Below, piece by piece: positions 57,549-64,000 of a DNA stretch of 64,000 nucleotides (the first letter of the stretch is position 1; every line of letters begins with the position of its first letter). The position numbers and the translations under genes are program-made. Origin of the DNA: Bacteroidales bacterium (lineage in GTDB: Bacteria; Bacteroidota; Bacteroidia; Bacteroidales; UBA932); contig JAFTDJ010000024.1 of NCBI GenBank assembly GCA_017454265.1, positions 3,329 to 67,328 of the forward strand, read 5' to 3'. The notes under the pieces were generated by a model. The model was given only the letters and a program-made list of their open reading frames with translations, searched no databases and had not been told where the DNA came from.

Positions 57549-58556
57549 TTATTTTTTGGAATACACGTTGAATCGCCAGGTCAGGCCTATGTCGAAATTG
57601 TTCACGCGGTCGTGGTTGTCGCGGAAGTAAACGGCGTGCAGCCTCACTCTCTCGTCTCCCAGGGGGAAAAACTCCACGCCGGCGCCGTAGTAAAGATACT
57701 TGCTTCCGGCAGGGAGCACCAGGTCGTAGGATATTCCGTCGTCGGGGTTGATGTTGGCTGCGTCATTGCGTTCGTAACCGAATTTGGTGCAGAGGTTCCA
57801 TTTCCCGAGGGTCAGGATGGCTTTCACTATGGTGGTCCAGTCTGAAATGGGATTCTTCTGTCCGAATCCTATCCGGTCTATGAAATCCACGTCTATTACA
57901 AGTTTTCCGAGGGGAAATTTGTTGCCCAGGGCCACCCAGTTCATTTTCCGGTGCAGTTCGTCCTCCACCAGGTTGTAGCTCCAGATGGTTTTCCACCAGG
58001 GGAACAGGCGGCCGTTCCAGTACAAATTGAAGGAATAGGCGTCCTGGGTGCTTGGGGAGATGGGAGAGGGTGTGAACTGGAAACTGATGTCCTGGCCTTC
58101 CGCCGGGCTGAATGTAGCGGTGGCGCCGAAGGCGAAGTACTGGTACTGGTTGTTGCTGAATGCGCCGTAGTAGTAAACGTCGATGGGCGCCGAGTCTATC
58201 TCGTATCCTCCCACCATAATCGGCTGTTTGCCTGCAGTGAAGGACCATTTAGAAGACGGGCTCCACTTGATCCAGAGGTGGTCTGTGGCGTTGAAAGGGT
58301 TATCTTCTTTTATCTGTTTGTTGAGTCTCTGGCGCACGCGGAAAGTGAGTTTGTCTGTGATGTGCCCCTTTATATGCAGGTTGAAGTAGTCGCCCTGGAA
58401 GTGTGAATCGTAAACGCCCCCCGTGGTTTGCTGGTGAAAAGTGGCGCGGGCGTCGAAAGACAGCTCGTCCAGGAAGGTCAGCTTGTCTTTCTGCTGTGCA
58501 AAAGCGGTTGTAATGACTGAAAGTATGGATATTAGAGTCAGAAAAAGCTTTTTCAT
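57549..58556 (-). CDS. Outer-membrane porin (OprO/OprP-like)
   Basis: Signal peptide, RVRQRLNK, AGKQ...GGYE....PIDVY, amphipathic strands, GVEFFP, terminal GLTWRFN. Confidence 0.7.
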   Translation of the reverse strand: MKKLFLTLISILSVITTAFAQQKDKLTFLDELSFDARATFHQQTTGGVYDSHFQGDYFNLHIKGHITDKLTFRVRQRLNKQIKEDNPFNATDHLWIKWSPSSKWSFTAGKQPIMVGGYEIDSAPIDVYYYGAFSNNQYQYFAFGATATFSPAEGQDISFQFTPSPISPSTQDAYSFNLYWNGRLFPWWKTIWSYNLVEDELHRKMNWVALGNKFPLGKLVIDVDFIDRIGFGQKNPISDWTTIVKAILTLGKWNLCTKFGYERNDAANINPDDGISYDLVLPAGSKYLYYGAGVEFFPLGDERVRLHAVYFRDNHDRVNNFDIGLTWRFNVYSKK

Positions 58557-58609
58557 AGCCCAAAGGTACAAATAAAATGCTATCTTTGCGCTCGAAAAAA
58601 TTGCGGTTT

Positions 58610-60292
58610 ATGCAAGATTTGTTTTTCGGGACAGGAATAGCGCACAGCATACTTCTCTTTGCCGTGGTGATAGCGTCCGGTTTATGGCTCGGGCGGTTCA
58701 AGGTCAAGGGCATTTCCATAGGCTCTACGTGGATACTGTTCCTGGGTATAGTGCTCAGTCATTTCGGGTTGCGTTCCGACCCTACGGTCCTCGCTTTCAT
58801 GAAAGACTTCGGCCTCATACTCTTCGTCTTTTCCATTGGCCTGCAGGTGGGCCCGGGCTTCTTCCAGTCATTCAAGGCGGGAGGCGTCAAGCTCAATATG
58901 CTCGCAGCCGGCCTGGTGCTGCTGGCCGTCGTGGTTACCGTTGCCATCCATTTCATTACCGGAGAGAGCCTGCCCACCATGGTGGGCGTTATGTCCGGCG
59001 CCGTTACCAATACTCCGGGCCTTGGTGCCGCCCAGCAGACATTCACCGATATCATGCTCGGGCAGGGCACCGATCCTGCGGTTGCGCAGCTTAACGCCTC
59101 GGCGCTTGCTTCTTCGTACGCCGTGGCCTACCCTCTCGGCGTTCTTGGCGTCATATTCATCCCGATGATCATGCGCCCGCTGTTCAAGGCCGACCTGGAT
59201 GCCGAAAAGAAGCGGCTGGACGACGAGAACCCCACTTCCGCAACGGCGGCCCGCCGCATGCACTGCGAGGTGGAGAATCCCGCCATCTTCGGCCGGAAGA
59301 TCTGCGAGGTGATGTACGAAAACGAGGGAAAGTTCGTCATTTCCCGCCTCATGCGCGGTACGGAAATCTTCATCCCGGGCCCCGACACCGTGCTGGAGAA
59401 GGGAGACAGGATCCTGATTGTCACCTCCCAGCCGCACGTGGACCTTATCCGCATCATCTTCGGTGAGGAGATTCCCCTTCACCTCAGCGACTGGCTCAAG
59501 CACGAAGACCATCTGGTGAGCCGTCGCCTTACCGTGAGCAAGTCGTCGGTTACCGGCAAGACCCTTGCCCAGCTCAACCTCAGGGCCAAGTACGGAGTCC
59601 AGGTGACAAGGGTAATCCGCACCGGCCTTGAGCTCGTGGCCAGGCCCAACCTTATCCTGCAGATGGGCGACATCCTGCAGGCCGTAGGAACGGAACAGTC
59701 CCTCAAGGCGGTATCCAAGGAAGTGGGCAACAAGCCCGACAACCTGCTGCGTCCCAACCTGGTGCCGATTTTCTTCGGCATCGCCCTGGGCGTCATCTTC
59801 GGGAGCATACCGTTCACCTTCCCCGGCATCCCGCAGCCGGTCAAGCTCGGTCTTGCCGGAGGCCCCCTCATCATCGCAATCCTGCTCGGGCACTTCGGCC
59901 CCCGCTGGAAAATCACCACCTACACTACCGTGAGCGCCAATATGATGATACGAGAAATCGGCATCTGCTTCTTCCTTGCAGCCGTGGGCCTCGGGGCGGG
60001 AGAATCCTTCGTGGCGTCGCTCCTTGCCGGCGGTTTCTGGTGGATCCTGTACGGACTCCTCATTACCGTAATCCCGGTGCTCACCATAGTGCTGCTCGCA
60101 CGCCTGGTATTCAAAGTGAACTTCTATCAGATCTGCGGTCTGGTGGCCGGCGGTACCACGGATCCCGCCGCGCTCGCCTTTGCGCAGGACAGCTATAAAT
60201 CAGACTACGTATCCGTGAATTACGCAACCGTTTACCCGCTCACGATGTTCCTGAGGGTGCTGGCTGCACAGTTACTTATTTTACTTGCGTAA
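58610..60292 (+). CDS. AspT/YidE/YbjL family antiporter with two TrkA-C domains
   Basis: FGLILFVFSIGLQVGPGFF, SGAVTNTPGLGAA, YAVAYPLGV, LGLAGGPLI, TDPAAL, YATVYPL. Confidence 0.92.
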   Translation: MQDLFFGTGIAHSILLFAVVIASGLWLGRFKVKGISIGSTWILFLGIVLSHFGLRSDPTVLAFMKDFGLILFVFSIGLQVGPGFFQSFKAGGVKLNMLAAGLVLLAVVVTVAIHFITGESLPTMVGVMSGAVTNTPGLGAAQQTFTDIMLGQGTDPAVAQLNASALASSYAVAYPLGVLGVIFIPMIMRPLFKADLDAEKKRLDDENPTSATAARRMHCEVENPAIFGRKICEVMYENEGKFVISRLMRGTEIFIPGPDTVLEKGDRILIVTSQPHVDLIRIIFGEEIPLHLSDWLKHEDHLVSRRLTVSKSSVTGKTLAQLNLRAKYGVQVTRVIRTGLELVARPNLILQMGDILQAVGTEQSLKAVSKEVGNKPDNLLRPNLVPIFFGIALGVIFGSIPFTFPGIPQPVKLGLAGGPLIIAILLGHFGPRWKITTYTTVSANMMIREIGICFFLAAVGLGAGESFVASLLAGGFWWILYGLLITVIPVLTIVLLARLVFKVNFYQICGLVAGGTTDPAALAFAQDSYKSDYVSVNYATVYPLTMFLRVLAAQLLILLA

Positions 60293-60305
60293 ATTATTAT
60301 TAGAT

Positions 60306-61901
60306 ATGAAAAAAATATTTGTTTCTGTTTTGTGTGCACTGGCCCTGACCGCTTGCGGAGGCAACCGTGACGCCGCGCAGGAAATGCTCGACGACTATGC
60401 TGATATCCAGATTGGATCTTCTTTCTTCGAAGGTATTTCCGACAACGGCAGGGAAGTTCTCAATTACTTCAAACTTGCTTCCGTAGCGGCGGACGACATC
60501 TACTGGAAGCAGAATTTCGGCGATAAGAAGCAGATGACTTCTCTTTCCAATCACGCCCAGAAGGAACTTGCCGCAGTGAATTACGGCCCTTGGAACCGTA
60601 TAGACGGTCAGAGCTTTGTGGACGGATGGGGAGTGCGTCCGCTCGGCGCCAATTTCTATCCTGCAGATATGACTGCAGAGGAGTTTGCAGATTGGGACGA
60701 GCCGCTTAAAAACAGCCCCTATACACTTGTGCGCAGGGATTCCGAAGGCAAGCTGTCCGCAGTGTGGTATCACGACGAATACAAGGAAGAAATCGGTCGC
60801 ATCGCGTCTTACCTCACTGCAGCTGCAAACTACACCATCAAGCCAAGCGTGCGCGAGTATCTGCTCGCCAAGATTGCCGCCCTGCAGACAGACGAATACT
60901 ACGAGAGCGACAAGCTGTGGCTTTCTATGGACGACAGCAAGATGGACCTTATCATCGGCCCTCAGGAGACAGAGGATGACCGCCTGAACGGAGTGAAAAC
61001 ATCGTACGAGGCCTACGTGCTCCTGAAAGACCTGGAGCTCACAGCGTCCATAGATAATTTTACTTCCCTCATCCCTGAACTTCAGGCCAGCCTGCCTTGC
61101 GATGAGGCTTACAAGGCTTTCTCTCCCGGCTCCGCTTCCTCCATTTATGCATACGACGCGGTTTATTGTGCCGGCAGTGCCAACGCCGGTGTAAAGAAAA
61201 TTGCCGTCAACCTGCCCTATGACCTGCGCGTGCAGCAGGAAATGGGTACGCGTACCGCGCTTCTGAACAACGTAATCAACGCCAAATACGCAAAAATCAT
61301 CCTTCCTGCAGGCCGTCTGCTGCTTGCCGGCGAGCAGACCAAATATCTGGATCATCTTGCATTCTTTTGGAACACGGCAATGCGTGAGGTGGCCCATGGA
61401 ATAGGTGTGAAGGAGACCGTGAACGGCCGGGGAACGGTGCTTGAGGCTCTTGGAGACGAGGCCCTTACCATGGAGGAACTCAAAGGCGACGCCCTTGGTC
61501 TGTATCTCGACCTTCAGCTCATTGCATCCGGCCAGATGGATCCGCTCCTCACCCGTGAGGACGCTATCACTACATACGTCGTTACCCTTATCCGTTCTTC
61601 CCGTTTCGGCGAGGCGAACGCCCTTGGCTCTGCCAACATCATCCTCTACAACTATCTTAAGGAGCAGGGTGGATTCTCGATAGACCGCAACGGCCACTAT
61701 GCCGTGGACTTCGACAAGGCGGAGCGGGCAATAACTGATATTGCCTCCAGGGTGCTTACCCTCCAGGCTACAGGCGACCGCGCCGCTGCCCTCAAGCTCG
61801 TTACCGACTACGGAACCACTTCCGAGTCCCTCAGCCAGAGTTTTGCCGGCCTGCGTCAGGCCCGCATTCCAATGGACGTCCGCTTCCAGTTCGTCTGGTA
61901 G
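60306..61901 (+). CDS. M49/dipeptidyl-peptidase III-like lipoprotein with degenerate zinc motif (REVAH)
   Basis: TAC lipobox, NYGPW, GANFYP.D, SPYTLVRR, IGP.E..DD.L, IAVNLP.D, REVAHGIG, EELKGD, RSSRFG. Confidence 0.75.
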   Translation: MKKIFVSVLCALALTACGGNRDAAQEMLDDYADIQIGSSFFEGISDNGREVLNYFKLASVAADDIYWKQNFGDKKQMTSLSNHAQKELAAVNYGPWNRIDGQSFVDGWGVRPLGANFYPADMTAEEFADWDEPLKNSPYTLVRRDSEGKLSAVWYHDEYKEEIGRIASYLTAAANYTIKPSVREYLLAKIAALQTDEYYESDKLWLSMDDSKMDLIIGPQETEDDRLNGVKTSYEAYVLLKDLELTASIDNFTSLIPELQASLPCDEAYKAFSPGSASSIYAYDAVYCAGSANAGVKKIAVNLPYDLRVQQEMGTRTALLNNVINAKYAKIILPAGRLLLAGEQTKYLDHLAFFWNTAMREVAHGIGVKETVNGRGTVLEALGDEALTMEELKGDALGLYLDLQLIASGQMDPLLTREDAITTYVVTLIRSSRFGEANALGSANIILYNYLKEQGGFSIDRNGHYAVDFDKAERAITDIASRVLTLQATGDRAAALKLVTDYGTTSESLSQSFAGLRQARIPMDVRFQFVW

Positions 61902-61941
61902 GGAGCTCTCCGGTTGCAGGCATGGGGCCGGTGTGGCTGCA

Positions 61942-63078
61942 TTACTTCAGGGAGAACTGCACCGGGTTGTCGTAGTCGTTCCAGTTGCGCAGGTCCAGAG
62001 TGATGGCCGTCTGGTCGTAAACGTTGCTGTACTGCGTGTCTTCTACCATGCCGTTGTCCCAAAGCAGGTCTTTCCAATGCACGAGGGAAAGGCACTCGCG
62101 GGCCTGCTCCAGAGTAAGCGTGCCGTTATGCTCATTCAGATAAGCGCCGGCCGTCTCGTACCGCCACCAGCTTTTGCTGTGTGGGTTGCCCACAGCCTCG
62201 TCGGGCACGGTGGTGTAGTACTTGTCGGAGAGCAGGTGGTTGGTCACAAGCATTGAGTTATCGCCGGGGGCTTTGCGCACCACCATCGACTTCCAGCCGT
62301 CCTCCTTGTCGAATTCAAGTACTGCACAATCTCCGGAAGCATCGGCAATCATGTAATGGTAACCGGAACCCACTGTGGCGTCGTGCCGGATATCCAGGGC
62401 CGCTGCAAGGTCCAGGGCTTCCTGCACGGTGGCGCAGCGGTCGAGCCAGAGGCGCATGATGATGGTGGTGCCTGCCTTGTGTTTGCCAGATTCTTGCCGG
62501 GCCGCCTGCTTGGGAAGGGCCATTATGGACGTGCACAGGCCTTTCTCGTTGATGCCGTCAACGGGAGCGTAGATTGCCGCCAGGCAGCTAAGTTTGGCGC
62601 CGACGGAGGAGGGGAGCTTTTCCAGGGAATAGCCAAAGTGGGACATATCGCTCACGCCTATGGAAGCATATCCCTTTTTGGGCCTGGAGATGGTGACCAT
62701 CGTCGGGTTCTTGAAATAATCGTAGTTGCGGCCATACCAGAAGCCGTTTCCGTCAGCTTTGGCGGCCTGGAAACTGGTACAGTTCATAGTGGCCAGCTCT
62801 CCGTCTTCGCCTGCGACCTGCGCGCTTTTCATTTTAATGGGTATGCCCTTGCCGATGCGGCCTATCACATATTCCAGCAGTCTGGCGTTACTGTCTATAT
62901 CTTTGGCTATCAGGTCGTCAAGGTCGTATGCGGCCTTGTACTCCATGGTATAGAGGTACTCGTTGCCCCCAACGGACTTGATTGTACTTATAGTGGAGAT
63001 TTCTCCGCCCCAAATGCAGGCTACGGCTATGCAGAGAGCCGCGAGAATGCCCACTATCCATAAAAGAACCTTTTTCAT
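61942..63078 (-). CDS. Ntn-hydrolase (linear amide C-N hydrolase / choloylglycine hydrolase-like)
   Basis: N-terminal anchor, N|CTSF nucleophile, YGRNYDY, DGINEKGL, LD.CATV.EA, YHYMIADASG, VTNH, TQYS.VYD. Confidence 0.82.
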   Translation of the reverse strand: MKKVLLWIVGILAALCIAVACIWGGEISTISTIKSVGGNEYLYTMEYKAAYDLDDLIAKDIDSNARLLEYVIGRIGKGIPIKMKSAQVAGEDGELATMNCTSFQAAKADGNGFWYGRNYDYFKNPTMVTISRPKKGYASIGVSDMSHFGYSLEKLPSSVGAKLSCLAAIYAPVDGINEKGLCTSIMALPKQAARQESGKHKAGTTIIMRLWLDRCATVQEALDLAAALDIRHDATVGSGYHYMIADASGDCAVLEFDKEDGWKSMVVRKAPGDNSMLVTNHLLSDKYYTTVPDEAVGNPHSKSWWRYETAGAYLNEHNGTLTLEQARECLSLVHWKDLLWDNGMVEDTQYSNVYDQTAITLDLRNWNDYDNPVQFSLK

Positions 63079-63134
63079 ACGCATATAATAACTTTTGCTG
63101 TAAAAGTAATGATTTCCCTCAAGCAAAGCAAATC

Positions 63135-63166
63135 CCGTCCACACCAGGGGCCGGTTTTGTGGACGG
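63135..63166. repeat. Single palindromic repeat TCCACA-N14-TGTGGAC (copy 5)
   Basis: CCGTCCACACCAGGGGCCGGTTTTGTGGACGG, near-identical to the copies at 45406 and 45457. Confidence 0.9.
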
Positions 63167-63179
63167 ACTCACCGTTCTC

Positions 63180-63228
63180 TGACAAATTGTCACTGGAACA
63201 GAACTTGACCGGATAACCTAACGGAGGA
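63180..63228 (+). promoter_or_regulatory. Candidate regulatory region of clpB: TGACAAATTGTCA palindrome, sigma54-like box and GGAGGA
   Basis: Palindrome at 63180-92; TGGAACAGAACTTGA at 63194-208 has -24/-12 spacing with mismatches; GGAGGA at 63223-28. Confidence 0.45.
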
Positions 63229-63235
63229 CAGAATT

Positions 63236-64000
63236 ATGGAAAACAAGTACGAATTTTTAAGTAAGTATGCGATCGACCTCAACGAGGCCGCCGCAAAAGG
63301 TCGTCTGGACCCGGTAATCGGGCGCGACGACGAAATAAGAAGAGTCTTGCAGATACTCAGCCGCAGGACCAAGAACAACCCCATCCTCGTGGGCGAGCCC
63401 GGAGTGGGCAAAACCGCTATCTCAGAAGGGATTGCGACTAAAATCGTGAACGGGGAGGTACCTGAGAACCTGAAGAGCCGCAAGGTCTTCTCGCTGGATA
63501 TGGGCGCACTCATCGCAGGCGCCAAGTATCAAGGCGAATTCGAAGAGAGGCTCAAGGGCGTAGTGAAGGAAGTCGTAGACAGCGACGGAGAAATCATTCT
63601 CTTCATAGACGAAATCCACACCCTCGTCGGCGCAGGCCGCACCAGCGGCGCAATGGACGCGTCCAACATCCTCAAGCCCGCGCTGGCACGAGGCGAGCTC
63701 CGCACCATCGGCAGCACCACCCTGGAGGAGTACCAGAAGTACTTCGAGCAGGACAAGGCCCTGGAGCGCCGTTTCCAGAAGGTGATGGTAGATGAGCCGT
63801 CGCCGGCAGAGAGTATAGCTATCCTGCGAGGCCTCAAGGAGCGCTACGAGAACCACCACCGCGTGAGCATCGAGGACGACGCTCTCATAGCCGCCGTGAA
63901 CCTCAGCCACCGCTACATCAGCAACCGTTTCCTGCCCGACAAAGCCATCGACCTCGTGGACGAGGCGGCCAGCAAACTGCGTCTGGAGATGAATTCAGTG
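63236..64000 (+). CDS. clpB: ClpB/Hsp100 AAA+ chaperone, 3'-truncated by the window, lacking the N-terminal domain
   Basis: Translated by hand (absent from the ORF track): [94 protein letters not shown]. Confidence 0.9.
   Translation, partial: MENKYEFLSKYAIDLNEAAAKGRLDPVIGRDDEIRRVLQILSRRTKNNPILVGEPGVGKTAISEGIATKIVNGEVPENLKSRKVFSLDMGALIAGAKYQGEFEERLKGVVKEVVDSDGEIILFIDEIHTLVGAGRTSGAMDASNILKPALARGELRTIGSTTLEEYQKYFEQDKALERRFQKVMVDEPSPAESIAILRGLKERYENHHRVSIEDDALIAAVNLSHRYISNRFLPDKAIDLVDEAASKLRLEMNSV

Overview
64 kb of a GC-rich Bacteroidota (Bacteroidales) chromosome. The assignment rests on a SusC/SusD pair, many TAnnTTTG -7 promoter boxes and the DUF4271-hemD-rnpA-yidD cluster; the gene set resembles gut/rumen Bacteroidales, which is inference. 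The window is mostly housekeeping (thyA-folA, mutS, rnpA, yidD, queH, trmB, galE, surA, pepT, clpB, tRNA-Leu(GAG)). Accessory content is a probable beta-1,2-glucan PUL (GH3, two GH144-like enzymes, SusC/D, LamG lipoprotein) and an AT-rich ~3.3 kb insert with an ECF sigma factor, a dual-membrane-type anti-sigma and two lipoproteins. I found no integrase, transposase, prophage or CRISPR-Cas. The least explained signals are: (1) five copies of a TCCACA-N14-TGTGGAC palindrome, two pairs of them exactly 51 bp apart; (2) two related in-frame insertions in queH; (3) a ClpB lacking its N-terminal domain, with an unusual upstream region; (4) an M49-like lipoprotein with HEXXH changed to REXXH; (5) an NfeD-flotillin-HTH operon with a candidate operator. 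All product calls come from motif recognition by eye; no database search was run.
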